A stretch of 64,000 nt of DNA from Phoronis australis (GCA_002633005.1 NMRA01000063.1:946931-1010930); one strand, 5' to 3'; positions 13,011 to 25,199 are shown, counted from the stretch's first letter. Numbers and translations are program-made. Notes: generated by a model not told the origin, from the letters alone.

Positions 13011-13054
<44 letters not shown>
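12676..13054. other. Assembly gap (335 N) flanked by (GAGACA)n and (TG)22 microsatellites
   Basis: N run 12676-13010; TG repeat 13011-13054. Confidence 0.98.
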
Positions 13055-13057
<3 letters not shown>

Positions 13058-13533
13058 ATACAGAATGTTAACAGCAATTGTGCTGTTTTTTCTATCTTTG
13101 AGTTTCTTTGAAGGACGAGTGTGTTGCTTGAGGCGTGAATAGAAGGTTTGGACAGGATGCTTAACATCGAAGTATAGGCTTTGCCGGTTTGCTGTAAGCA
13201 ATGTTTTTATCTGTGGTATTCCTTGCCACTGACTCTTTGGATAGTCAGATAAAAAAACTTGGCTGCGCATTTAGGGACGATGCCATGGGCCTATTCTGCT
13301 GAAATATTTCACTTTTCTGATACAATATTATTTAACACTGAAGTTCACCGCCATTTTCGGACTAACCGGCAAGTTCAAAAACTGAACGCTGGTCATTATT
13401 TTTCCATCTCGGCGACAACTAAATAAACCATGTACAGAAGTATATGTCACAACGCCTGTCTTAGTTATACGTTTCGGTTTAATCATAATCAGACACTAAT
13501 GAATAAACGCATTGTAAAATAATTTCAATTTAC

Positions 13534-13735
13534 CCCAATTTGGTGTGAAGAGAAATGTAATTCCTCTACCCGCGAAAGGCGTCGTCAATACCCAAATGAA
13601 CAAGAATGCGATTATGGACAACAGGATAGGAATGAGTACCATGTTGACTCGTTCTATTTCTTTCACACCTTTGAAAACCAGGACTCCGCCCAACACTACA
13701 GCGATGCCGTGAGTAAGAATTGGCCAGTAGCTTTT
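13534..13735 (-). CDS. SLC6/NSS transporter exon 5 (TM4-TM5)
   Basis: KSYWPILTHGIAVVLGGVLVFKGVKEIERVNMVLIP..GITFLFTPNW; tttttag acceptor, GTAAAT donor. Confidence 0.92.
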
Positions 13736-13787
13736 CTAAAAAGAACCGACACAATTACTAGGAGACAAAAGACTATAAGTAGCAACG

Positions 13788-13963
13788 TAGTGACTGATCA
13801 CGTGGGACCAGGTACCGTATGGTGTCCTTTAGAGGACAAGAGGACAATCAAATTTTTGTATAGAACGCGCCACAACTAATCACATGCACTGCAAAGTAGA
13901 AGTACCTCCTGGTACAGGCAGGTGGCGATCAGAGTGACCGGTCCCACATGATTAGGTCCCATT
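13788..13963. mobile_element. Small MITE-like inverted repeat
   Basis: GACTGATCACGTGGGACC versus GGTCCCACATGATTAGGTC. Confidence 0.45.
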
Positions 13964-14386
13964 GCTTTCTGATAGCCTTGAGTCCGTTTTGCAGTTCTCT
14001 TGCCGTCATCCTAATGTACGCACCATTTAAGAACAAAAAGATACAAAAGCAATCGTAAACAAATATGATTTAATTCAGATTTTGAGAATCAAATGCCTTT
14101 GTTAAAAGTATAAAAGTGACAAATAATGATGATAATAATAAACAATGATAAGTAAGAGATGCTCCGGTGAAAATTAAACAAGAACAAACTGAAATTCCAC
14201 TATGAGGCGCTAAGGAAGCAATGTCCCTGTCCAAATGCATGCATATCAGAGCCTTTATCCAACAAATTTGCACAAGCATTTAAATATCCAATTCCAGTTT
14301 TACTCGAAAAATGAAATCATTTCTTCATTAGCACCAGCTGGTGAATAACAAGTATCCAACTACATGTATCTCATTTGGCTACATAC

Positions 14387-14501
14387 GTCAGCAAAGTCGT
14401 GAAACACAGCGTAAGCCTCCTCGTGGTCGGTCGGAAGTTGCCAACCAATACTGCGCACCAGATAATAAAAACACCACCCCAACACAACGGAATAATAGCA
14501 C
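14387..14501 (-). CDS. SLC6/NSS transporter exon 4 (TM3 and short EL2)
   Basis: SCYYSVVLGWCFYYLVRSIGWQLPTDHEEAYAVFHDFAD; attgtag acceptor, GTATGT donor; phases 2/0. Confidence 0.92.
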
Positions 14502-14615
14502 CTACAATAGAACTAATAGCGTACATGGAGGAAGACCTTGATAATCCTTTCTATAGACTTTTTGCTCACACTAAATCTGTTGTTGCTAGTTTGAGTGTTG
14601 TACGTATAATGGTTT

Positions 14616-14692
14616 GATTCACCTGCAAACCACTTGTATAATGTCTTTGATTCACCTGAAAACCACTTGTATAATGTCTTTGATTCACCTGT
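14616..14692. repeat. 33-bp tandem repeat (~2.4 copies)
   Basis: TGATTCACCTG(C/A)AAACCACTTGTATAATGTCTT. Confidence 0.9.
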
Positions 14693-15172
14693 TTGTATAT
14701 GTTATTTCTCCATTTAATCTTCGCTTTACCTGCTGTATAGAGAAGAGATTCCTTTGCTTTTCGCATTTGCAACTAGAACACATACTATGTCCACATTGAT
14801 GTGAAATGATGGTTTTTCTTACCAACTAGTACAACTTCACTGCTGCTATGCCGTTTCATTCTATTTATGTACATGAGACAAAACGCCTGACACAAGACTC
14901 GCAACTGCAGCGCTTGCCGATATAAATGCATTTTATATAGATTCTCATGACACAGGCCTATATATTCTTGGGCAGAAGACGGCTTTTCCGTCAGATTGGT
15001 TTGGTTGCAAACAAGTCCCCCGTAAGCGGCATAAAAGGGACCCGTGATGCAGGCACTAGCGCCGATACATGTAGGTTGTTGCAAATTTTTGAGGTAATTT
15101 AGAATTTTTAGTACCGAAACTGAAATTTTTAAATCTATCAATGGAAGTGAGACGTTAATTGTTATGACTTAC

Positions 15173-15356
15173 GAAATTGCGTAACTGACGAAAGTAATCC
15201 ATGCACCACACCAAACGACCTTGTCACCACCAAACTCCCGGAAGCTCTGTACGATTGCCTTTTTAGTGTATCGTCCGGTTGAGTATTCGATGATTGACAT
15301 TGGGATGGACCATAGCAAGAGGAACGAGAACCAGACGATGAGGAACACTAAGCCGC
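15173..15356 (-). CDS. SLC6/NSS transporter exon 3 (TM2 to start of TM3)
   Basis: GGLVFLIVWFSFLLLWSIPMSIIEYSTGRYT...; ttcccag acceptor, GTAAGT donor; phases 1/2. Confidence 0.92.
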
Positions 15357-15773
15357 CTGGGAAGAACAAATCAGGGACAGAAATGAAAGTACACTCATTG
15401 GTTTTTTGTTTTTTTTCGCGGACTAAACCCTAAAGTGATGGTTCTCTGCTAAGAGTCTGTTCGGTTGGTGTTCAAGATTTGTGTATTGTAGTGTATAAAG
15501 CTGCACTCCGCCCTGTTCAGCTAAAAACGATAATTTGCACTCTCTACAAACAATCTTGAGGGTAAATTAGGTTTGGCAGCAGCTTGAGTTATGCATTGTA
15601 AGTAGGTCCATTGAATCTGATTTTCCTATATTTATCAACATCAAAGATTTTTGTGAATGAAAAAGTTCATTATTTTGGCGGTATTTATACTTTATTAAAA
15701 TGGCGCTCTCTGGAGCATATTGCGTTGTAGTGCAGAAACTGAGGAATCTGCTCTCATTTCAAGAAGCCCTCGA

Positions 15774-15860
15774 GGAGGCAACGTGGCCTCAAAGTGTAAT
15801 AGGTGCTCGCTTTCTTTACTCGAGGTCGTGGGTTCGAGTCCCACTAGATCACACTGCTAA
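15774..15860 (+). repeat. tRNA-derived SINE head (not a functional tRNA)
   Basis: A-box-like GTGGCCTCAAAGTG and B box GGTTCGAGTCCC; no intact cloverleaf. Confidence 0.55.
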
Positions 15861-15908
15861 ACACTTGAGTCACGTTTCTAGCTCCTCAGCTCGGGTATTA
15901 ATAAAGCA

Positions 15909-17651
15909 TAACAAGAGCAACACGGAGCGTTGAAATGTGCCCACGAATGCACTCCAAACGGTGTGCTTCTAAGGTGTTTATTTTGATCATAAAAATGGCC
16001 ACTGGATGGTGCAAAATACTTCGAATCCATCAAAAAAACAGGTAAATGACACTGTTTTTTAACAGAAAGCTGTTTACCACATTGCATGAAAATCCGTCAA
16101 GGAACTTAAGAGAAACAGAGCGAAACGGAAAAAATGAAATTGCCACTAGGGAGCAAAGCGTTCGTCGGATCTGTCTGAAACTTGTCGTCTTCTGTTGTCG
16201 ACTTCACATGAATACATGTGCTAAATTTAATAAAGATCCTGCAGAGGGCTTATCAGATACAGCTAAGGGGGCAAAAAAACTGCCACTAGGAGGTGCCACA
16301 GCAACTGAAGGTGGAAAATCATCGCCAACCGGCCTCTTCACACTAAGAACATATAAGCCAATTTTCACAATTATCCTACTAGCGGTTTGGTTGACAGCGG
16401 GCGGACGCTAAAAACAGACAAAAAAAAACAGTAGAAAGAGCCACTAGATAGCACAAAATACGTTGAATTGGTCTGAAAACCGGAAAATGTTACCGTTTCT
16501 TTAAAAGACAGCCATTTACCAAATTTCATGAAAATTCGTCGAGGAACTTCAAAGAAACAGATGAAAGGGGAAAAATGAAATTGCCACTAGGGGGCACAGT
16601 TTTCATCACATCGGATCTGCCTGAAAGTCGTCATCTTCTGTTGTTCACCTCATATGAATATACGTACCAAACTTAGTAAAGATCCTGCAGAGAGCTTAGG
16701 ATGGGTTACAAAACTGCCACTAGGAGGCGCCACAGTAGTCGAAGTCAACGAAAATCATTGTCAATTTTCCTCTTCACAGTAAATGACAATTTTCACAATC
16801 ATCCTTAGAGTGGCTTGGTTGACAAAGAGACTGACGCCAAAAACAGAATCGAAAACAATAAAAATGGCCACTAGGTGACGCAAAATACCTCGAATCCATC
16901 CGAAAACGGGAGGATAGCGTCTCCTCGTTAATAGATGCCAATGTGCCACATTTTATGGAAATCCGTTGGGGACCTTTGAATACACAGAGGTAAACGTAAA
17001 AAAATAAAATTGCCACTAGGGGGAACACCAGTAGTCCAATCTATCAGAAAGTCATCCGTTGTCAACTTCATATGAATACATTTGCTACATTTAATAAAGA
17101 TCCTGTAGAGCGTTTAGGAGATACAGCCATGTGTGCAAAAAGAAAACTGCCACTAGGAGGCGCCACAGTAGTCGAAGTCGTCGGAAAATCATCGTCAACC
17201 GTCCTCTTCATTATAAAAACATACATGCCAATTTTCACAATCATCCTTAGAGTGGTTTGCTTGATAGAGGGGCGGACGCCAAAAACGGAATCGAAAATAG
17301 TAAAAATGGCCACCAGATGACGCAAAATGCCTTAAATCCATCCGAAAACGGGAGGATAGCGCCACCTCATTAACACATGCCTATATGCCAAGTTTCACTA
17401 TGAAAATCGGTTGAGGACCCTTGAAGAGGCAAACGTAAAAAACTAAAACTGTCACTAGGGAACACAGCGGTATTCGGGTCGGTCCGAAACTCGCCGCCTT
17501 CTGTCGTCAACCCCATAGGAACACACCCGCCAAATTTCAATACGATTCTGCAAAGGGTTTAGGAGATACAGCCGCGGACGCAGGATGTCGGACGCCCGGA
17601 CAGAGATGACAGCAATATGCACCCACATATAAATATGTGGGCGCATAAAAA
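15909..17651 (+). mobile_element. DINE-1/Helentron-like non-autonomous element with an internal ~435-bp tandem array
   Basis: 5' AACAAGAG..ATGTGCCCAC; 3' hairpin CCCACATAT-AA-ATATGTGGG then GCATAAAAA, forming a sub-TIR with the 5' end; ~3.7 diverged internal units. Confidence 0.65.
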
Positions 17652-18129
17652 TGGTTCCAGGTGATCAGTGCAATGGGCTCACAGGCACGGCCTGCACACG
17701 TCTGGTACAACGTGTAACAGACCGTCAGAAATAATTAATTATTTTTTTAAAGTAGCCCTCGAACCATCTAGAATTGCGAAAGATATGGTTTAAGTGCAGC
17801 ACGTCTGGTGCCACATTTTTAGAATCTGTAATGCCTTTGCTTTCAGACTCTAGTACCACTGAATCATGTTAAACATTGGGAGGAAAGTGTTGAGACTTTG
17901 AGTGAAAACTGACAATATTTCATTTTATCAGCTTTTTTAGCCTGTTACCCTTCTCGGTGGAAGTAAAAGAGCCAAAGGCCAGGAGCTTTTGCGGTCATGT
18001 GTGGGGATTTTGGTGTGAAATGACTCATAACTTTTCATTTTGTTCGTACAGTTTTCAACAGCATGGGATAAAGGCAATGTTGAAGTCCAGTCGTGTGTGC
18101 ACTGCCTGACAAAACCAAGAGAGAAAGTA

Positions 18130-18420
18130 TCCCCACCACCAGGCACAGCCCAGTGAGACCTGTAAAGTGCCCCCAACACCAGGCACAACCCTGAGATAAT
18201 AGTAAAATGGCACCCACCCCCCGGCACAACCCATTGAAAACTGTAAGGTCGCCCCACAGTCAGGCACAACCCAGTGAGAACTGTAAAGTGCCCCCACCGG
18301 AAAGCACAACCCAATGAGAAGTGTAAGGTGCACCCACCGCCATGAACATCCCAGTGAGAACTGTACCGTGACCCCATCGCATGGCACAGCCCAATGAGAA
18401 CTGTAATGTGCTCCCACAAA
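18130..18420. repeat. Diverged ~40-bp minisatellite (~7 copies)
   Basis: GGCACA(A/G)CCCA(G/A)TGAGAACTGTAAAGTGCCCCCA units. Confidence 0.85.
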
Positions 18421-18671
18421 GACATCGAGATCATTACCCACTAAACAAATCACTTTCAGGTGGGTTAACCCTAAAACTGTGAATTTGAAAATGTAGCATA
18501 AACTACATTGCATGCGAATTGAGTTGGTACCGAAACTGAAATCCTATCACTGTTGGGAATATTATGAAACATGTCAGTGAAAGGTTTGATCCAATTTTCG
18601 CTTTCCAGCCGGCTGAACAGGGAGAAATGCAACTTTAAACGTGTATTTTTATCTTAAAGCTTTTACGGAAA

Positions 18672-19760
18672 AGAGGTCCCACCATGCGTTTTCTTAGCTT
18701 TGGAGGTTTCAATTAACTAATATGAAATGAATACCATAAGCTCTAACTGAATAAGCACATTCTATGCCAAATAGAAGCGATTTTTTAATTTAGAAGAAAA
18801 ACTAGTTATTTCCAAATTTCCCGCCAAATGGTGTAATGGGTGGAAGACGTTTGGTCATTTGACAACCAGTCACAATGGCGGAACACAGCAGATCAAGATT
18901 TTGAGCGAGAACAGGACAATTATACAGACAGAGACGATTAGAGTGGATACGGGCATCATATTTAAGTACTTGAAGAATGAGACAATGAATTCGTCGGCTA
19001 TGAGGCCGTATGAACTCGACCCAATTGCACGGAAATGATGCAGACATATGTGAGCCACAACCATCTGAACCAAGGGGTGGTCAGTATTCACACTTTTAAA
19101 ATAATTACTGACACAGTAAACCTGGGGGTCACTCGCATTCACTATTGCCATGATGGAAGGTGCACGGTCTAAACACAATGCTCAAGCCTATGTAGCATTC
19201 GATCTGGGCTGGGGTCGAGAGCCTGGCATCACTCGCCCTAGAATGGAAGCAGTTTGTTCGTTATTTACGAAACTTTCAAATTCACTTACAAGGTGACAAG
19301 TCCTTCATCGTAACACCCCTTTTGTGTTTGGTCGAAACACGATTCCATGAAATGTGCGAAGTGTGACTCCCGACTGAATCGCAAGTTCCACACTGACATT
19401 CCAAACTCTCGTGCGGCGCACAAACCGATGCCATTTCAGTGCAACTTCCACATATTTCGGAAATTTGAACACAGAGACGTTCTCAGTCAAGTTGCTGTTA
19501 CTACAGCGTCCACAAACGCATCTCTTCATGTCTGAAAAAGGCGGCTCTCCGCGGACTTTCCTCACAACTCTTCAATATCGCACTGGTATAAACAACAACG
19601 GCGGAGACTGTCTTCCGCCCATTACGTACAACCCCGATAACAGAAAAATGTATTTTAAAAAAATTGGCTTGTTTCCTAGCAACAGGTATACTAAAGGCTA
19701 ATAAATCTCTTAAGATGTAATGAAATTCTTTTTGAAACATAGGGTCATAATGGGAACTCT
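18672..19760. mobile_element. Second Kolobok-type non-autonomous family
   Basis: TIRs AGAGGTCCCA / TGGGAACTCT|TTAA; THAP remnant on - from ATG 19529 (MKRCVCGRCSN..SVFKFP..KWHRFVRRTRVW, frameshift, HFMESCF); + strand MRPYELDP at ~19000 resembles a KolX N-terminus. Confidence 0.65.
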
Positions 19761-20007
19761 TTAATACGATTGCTTATTTCAAGGGAGTTGAAACAAACAT
19801 GAGTGACGTTTAAAGCTTCGCCACAGTACACAGGAACAATAGGCAACGTTAAATACTTTGTGAGCTTAAGGCCTATCACACATTTCACAGACATTTTTTA
19901 ATGAAGAGTACAATTATTTGGAACTCGTGCATTATACTACAATGTCTGAAGTTTTAAGGGCTAAAATTCAATGATATTAGGTTAGACTTAGCCTGTAACA
20001 CTCTTAC

Positions 20008-20134
20008 CTTCGTCTTCGCTGTTTTGCGCCACAAGTTTTGGGAACCTCCATATATTGCCAGTGCCAACAACACATCCCAGACAAGAGCATATGAGACCCA
20101 ACTTAGACGAGAACACTTGATTTTTGTCATCGTT
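20008..20134 (-). CDS. SLC6/NSS transporter exon 2 (TM1; not in the ORF track)
   Basis: NDDKNQVFSSKLGLICSCLGCVVGTGNIWRFPKLVAQNSEDEG contains the NSS signature G..VG.GN.WRFP; ctttcag acceptor, GTAAGA donor. Confidence 0.93.
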
Positions 20135-21782
20135 CTGAAAGTGCCACCAACATACAATTGATTCTGGGATTTATCATTTGATATTGAAACAGTGGTGTAA
20201 TATTTTTAGTTGTTAAAAAATTCTCAAACAATTGTGTCGACGGTGCAAGGGCTCAAAAGAACCATTTCAAAGCAGGTGATCTGGTGTATCCGTATTTTGA
20301 AAACGTAAACATGGTAAAATATTTGTGATCGGTGAGCAGATCTACAGCGACTTCCCGCCCGCTGCAATTTTCTGAGTAGAAATGTTGCAGGATTATTGTT
20401 GCACGAACTTGCACGGTTTAGCTTTTAGAGTTTGACAGAACAATTATCGTCTGGTTCTACCTCTTGAAAAATGAGCCGGAAGCTTGACCACATGGCATAA
20501 ACGGCCATTGCTCTTGTCAGCCTGAGTGACAAATCAAAGTCATTCTCAGTGCCGGGTCATGTGACTCCGAATCCCCATGTTAAGTCCTGTCAACACACAG
20601 TCTACCCTAGAACAACTCACACTAATGCAACTTTTGAGTGGAGCGTCCAAACACACGCACACACACGCACGCACGTCCATTCTCGTGCACAGAGCGAGGA
20701 CTTCAGTAGCCTTAGTTATCGAATATATGCGTGTGTGCACGCTCCACTTAAAAGTGGGGCAAGTTACCTTAGAACAAGTTGCCCGATCTCGACGTGGAGG
20801 TTTAACTTAAAAGTTGTCATAAGTGGGGTAAGTTGCGCTGGCTTAAAATAGCCAGCCCTCAAACCTATAGCGTCAACTCCGCGTTCGACGCGTAACTTAG
20901 TGTTCTAGGGTAAGTCTGTGTGTGGACGGGACGGGGTTATATTGCTATTACATGTGCGGCGCACAATATGGGGCTGCGCCGCCCATGTATTATGGATTTT
21001 TCTTCAGTTTTCTAAGCCGAGTGGTCGGTATGTTCTATGTTACCAAAGATACTATATCTTTGATGTTACAGCGAACTGTGCAACTTGTGTTTGCATAAGG
21101 TGACAGCGCACATCATCGTCTCAATCGTCACTGCAATTTCATCTGTAATAAACATTTGTTCCAACCCAGATGAATGCACTTGTAAATAACTAGGTGGAAT
21201 GTAACTAGTTTCTGTTTTATCCAAATTTATCGGCCTAAAACACTGAGCTAGACATTCGTTTGACAAGGTATCATTGAGCCCTTAGGTTTACGGAAGCTCC
21301 AAAGACAAATTCACCTATCTTCACGCCCGTCAGAATGCGCCAGTGTGGTAGTCTGGCGAGTCGCCAAAACGAAATTTTGCAGCCTGATATTTTGATTTAC
21401 GAGACGTGTTTGTGTATCAGACAGAGAATGTTCAAACACTGACGACTCGTGCATCTTTCGTCCAAAAAATAAAGTGCAGTTATGTGGCAGTGGGACATCA
21501 AAATGAAATTCGGCTTGATTTGATAACTTAACTTAAAACACCGATCAAAACTCAGTCGAGCAGAGTGATTTAGTCTTTTATGTCTGAAGTGTTAGCAGTT
21601 TCAAGTTGAAATTTCTTTTTCTACTACTTCGATGTTACATTGAGATAACGCCTGGTAATACATTACCCTCGTGTTGAAATTCTGATACGAAATGCACTGT
21701 GTAAAAGCATTAGTGGTTTGTCAGGCGAGTGATTAGAATACATACACGCGTCACAAAATGGCCTTCCTAGCCCGGGTCCTAC

Positions 21783-21830
21783 CTCGGTTGGTGACTGACC
21801 ACTCTCCTCTGTGCTTTTACTTTCCGACAT
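21783..21830 (-). CDS. SLC6/NSS transporter, probable first coding exon
   Basis: MSESKSTEESGQSPTE then GAG|GTAGGA; phase 0 fits the next exon; no conserved motif, so less certain. Confidence 0.65.
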
Positions 21831-23002
21831 GTCAGTCGTATGCAAAACTGACTTCTTGTTACGAGCAGTGCAAAGGTGGAGCAGAGCCTAATCTTTATCT
21901 ACGAACAAGGTACAGGTAGGTAAATGCGATAACTGTTTAGTAGGTCATCTATCTAAAAGGTAAACAAAATGGTTTCACAAGACTCGGCTTTCAAGTGCGG
22001 TGATTGAGTATTCCATTAGCTCCAGATAGCGTCACGTGGGTTTAATGACACTTCGTCGTCTTATCCAGATATTGTTCACAACACAATCGATGAGCGAAGT
22101 TCAATTAAACAACAACATTCAGTGGCTCCCGAAAAAAATTATTTCGGGGTCGGGGTGTATTTTGCGCAGGGTTGACTTTTTGAAGTTATTAGCTTTGACT
22201 AAAGCTATTAAAGAGCGAAATCTTTTTCGTGATTTTATTATAAATCTCCGATTCTCAGTGAACGCTTGCAGTCAAAGTTAACAGGCTTCATCAGATATTT
22301 CAGGCTTCGTGAAAAGCGGCCACGGCTGGTGCGGAGCGTAGTGTTTGATCAATGCCAGCATACCGTGAAGGGACAACACATATTATTAATTTTCGTGAGA
22401 GTATGTCAGAAAAGGAGACGAGGAACCGAAGTACATTTGAGACGCAACCTCACCAGAATACGCATATGGGAACGAGATTGGGAGTTGGGAGACGGCCGTG
22501 CTGTGCGGAGATGGTCTGAACATCTCTAGAAATGTCGCGCTCAATTGCTCTGGTTGGCGAGTGGGTTTGTTTTCGTATCCTGTCTTTCATAAATAACTCG
22601 ACACTTATACTTCGTTTTGATTGGTCTTAAGCCAAAACTTAAAACTGGGGTTCTAAAAGCTTATGTTTCCAGTCTTCGACCCCTTTGTTGAATGCCTCGC
22701 TTTGAGAACTTGATAAATATATCTACCGGTGGAAAATATGCACTTTTTGTGTAATTATTGTCAGAGTCGTGCTGCATATCGGACATTATGAACGAAATTA
22801 ACTTTACGTAAGGCGATACCTGAAGGTCATGTGGTTCAACAGCCAGGGAACTTGAGGGCCTCAGATTCTTGCCGCGAAAATAAAAGCAAAAGAAAAACAC
22901 ACTCACGTATAAAAGTCCAAACACGTTTTATGAAAAAGGTCCGAACAACTGTTGAAGTGTTGTCTGAGATAAATTCGTGTAATTATATTCAACTTTACGC
23001 AT

Positions 23003-23042
23003 TTTATTCATACATTATTGCCGCTAATTAGATCACTTTATT
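23003..23042 (-). terminator. Candidate polyadenylation signals of BMP5-8
   Basis: Two AATAAA on the minus strand (~23037-23042 and ~23003-23008), ~800 nt past the stop codon. Confidence 0.35.
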
Positions 23043-23834
23043 CACACGTCATTGCCGCTAGTTATGTTACTTAAAGAGGAAAGAATCAAGACCAGGTAAA
23101 CCCAAAGCGATTACACATGTTGAATAGCAGGCGAATGATAACGATTGTTTTAGAAGTCCACGATGCGCTGACGAGAGGCCAATCAACACATAATATATAT
23201 TACAATTAGATCTGTGATTTCCATTATCTTAATTCACTTCTCAAAATCATGCCGTTACCCAGGCAAAATGCCAAAACACACAGGCATTGACATCACACAT
23301 ACACGATTTACCTTGTGTCTTCATGAATACTACAATGAGAGACTAATGACCTGACAACGAGGTCCTTTTTCCTTCCTTTGAGATCTAGCGGAGAAGTTAC
23401 TAGTACAATTAAGAATTCCGTCGAGTTTTGTGTCAATTCCGCCATTCTCAAAGGGAGTCACATAAACATTTTGCAAAACCTACTTAGTAGCTGGCGATCA
23501 GCCTTTTGTATGACAAGCTCGTATAAAGACATGTATATAGGTGACCTATTTTAAATACACAGTAACATGATTAAAACACACATAAATCAAAATATCTACA
23601 TTTGTTAAAATATATGTACAAAGGTTTAAATCCCTATAAATGATATTGATTATTCATTAAATGTCAAATAAGCGGACTACGGGTTGTTTAGTACATAGTT
23701 TTCGTTAAATCTAGTGTTAACAATAAAAGGTAACTAGACAGTCGGCGTTATCTACAACTATTAATCAAGGAAAAGTGCTGATTGTGCAATCTTAACAGAA
23801 AAAAGTTTCAAGTACATCACTAGATGTCGCTGGA

Positions 23835-24095
23835 TCAGTGGCAGCCACATGACCGCACCATCATATTCCTGTATTTCTTGAGTATTACGTTGGAGCTCTC
23901 GTCAAAATAAAGGACCGATATGGAAGACAGTTTGGTAGGGGCACAGCACGGCTTTGGGATTTTCGATGGATTCATCAGATGCACTAGGGTCTGAACTATA
24001 GCGTGGTTTGTAGCGTTCATGTGCGCGTTGAGTGGAAACGAACATTCTCCCTCGCAATAATAAGCTGAATATCCATCAGGGGCTATTATCCAGTC
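23835..24095 (-). CDS. BMP5-8: BMP5-8 last coding exon (cystine-knot domain)
   Basis: [57 protein letters not shown]-stop, diagnostic of the 60A/BMP5-8 subgroup; total CDS 1248 nt = 415 aa + stop. Confidence 0.97.
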   Translation of the reverse strand, partial: DWIIAPDGYSAYYCEGECSFPLNAHMNATNHAIVQTLVHLMNPSKIPKPCCAPTKLSSISVLYFDESSNVILKKYRNMMVRSCGCH

Positions 24096-24266
24096 CTGGA
24101 AAGTAATAGAACATAATAACAGTATAAAGGGAAACATTTCTCCAATGAAACGCTGGCCATACATGTTCGCAACGCAAGGCCGCCCTTATCACAACTTTCA
24201 GTACGCTGCTTTCACAGGAAATACAGTGAAAATAAAAAATTACGCTCACGTTTTCTATTTTGATAA

Positions 24267-25083
24267 ATATAGATTATTACATGGCGAAGTCGTTATCCTC
24301 CGTTATCTAGAGCCCGAGTCGCCTGATGGCGTTAGCCCCAAGGGTGATAATTCTACAAAATCCACGAGGGCTCTAGATAAGGGGGATAACGACTGAGAAC
24401 ATGTAACAATCTATTTATACCACACACTGAACGAGCAACATTCCAATGAATCGATCTACCTTTCTCGACTTGCCTCGGCTTTGTAACTACTTTCTACGTC
24501 AGAGGCCCGGGGTCGGAGGTCGTGACCTTTTAAGAAAAGTTGAGCTAGTTTTGTCAAATAATGCTGTTACTCAAAACATAAAAATAAATTAAGGTTTAGC
24601 AACTATTATACCTTACTACACATTTTATCACACTAAGCTTCGACCTGGAAAATATCGTCTGCTTAAGTAGGTTACCACTAGTAACTGACTATAATGCTCA
24701 AGTCAAAGGATCCCGACGACACCATACCCGCATTCAAATTGGACATCGGTGATTTACAAGTGAGAGAACACGAGAGAAAAATTTCACTGAATTAAAATAT
24801 CGCTTTTATGGAAATTATGCGTCTTATGTTTAATAGCGTATAAATGTCGGTACAATGCCCTTTGCTGAACATGCGATTGTTGCGCGTGCTCATTTAAGTA
24901 TTCTATTTTTCACGTTCGATAACGTCAGCCGCTGATAGTGGTAAAGTCCGCGACTCCAAACTCTTGAGGCCCGGGTTCGAAACCGGCCTCGGTTTCCTGT
25001 CAAAATGTTATCTCACCAGTGAGATAACTAAATGGGTTATTACACGGTTGTATTTGCCATTCGACACTAATATTGTGGTATAA
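24267..25083 (+). mobile_element. Interspersed DNA repeat with two adjacent inverted-repeat pairs, copy 1
   Basis: ATAGATTATTACATG..CATGTAACAATCTAT immediately followed by TTATACCAC..GTGGTATAA; high similarity to 28647-29320. Confidence 0.8.
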
Positions 25084-25199
25084 AACACATTTTTCGAATA
25101 TACATGAAAAAATGAAAATTTTGCAGTTAAGTTTTATTAAAGCTTTCCTTAGACAATAACACACGTGGGCACGGTTGCTCTGTTTTGAGCAGCACTCTG

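Noticed and set aside
12565-13270. Long ORFs of 142-211 aa
   Set aside because: Artefacts of reading through the N gap and the (TG)n tract.
15774-15860. tRNA gene
   Set aside because: A/B boxes are present, but I could not fold a convincing acceptor or anticodon stem; treated as SINE-derived.
17937-18513. Hydrophobic 150-165-aa ORFs as extra transporter exons
   Set aside because: They derive from the ~40-bp minisatellite; SLC6 exons 2 and 3 join in frame without them.
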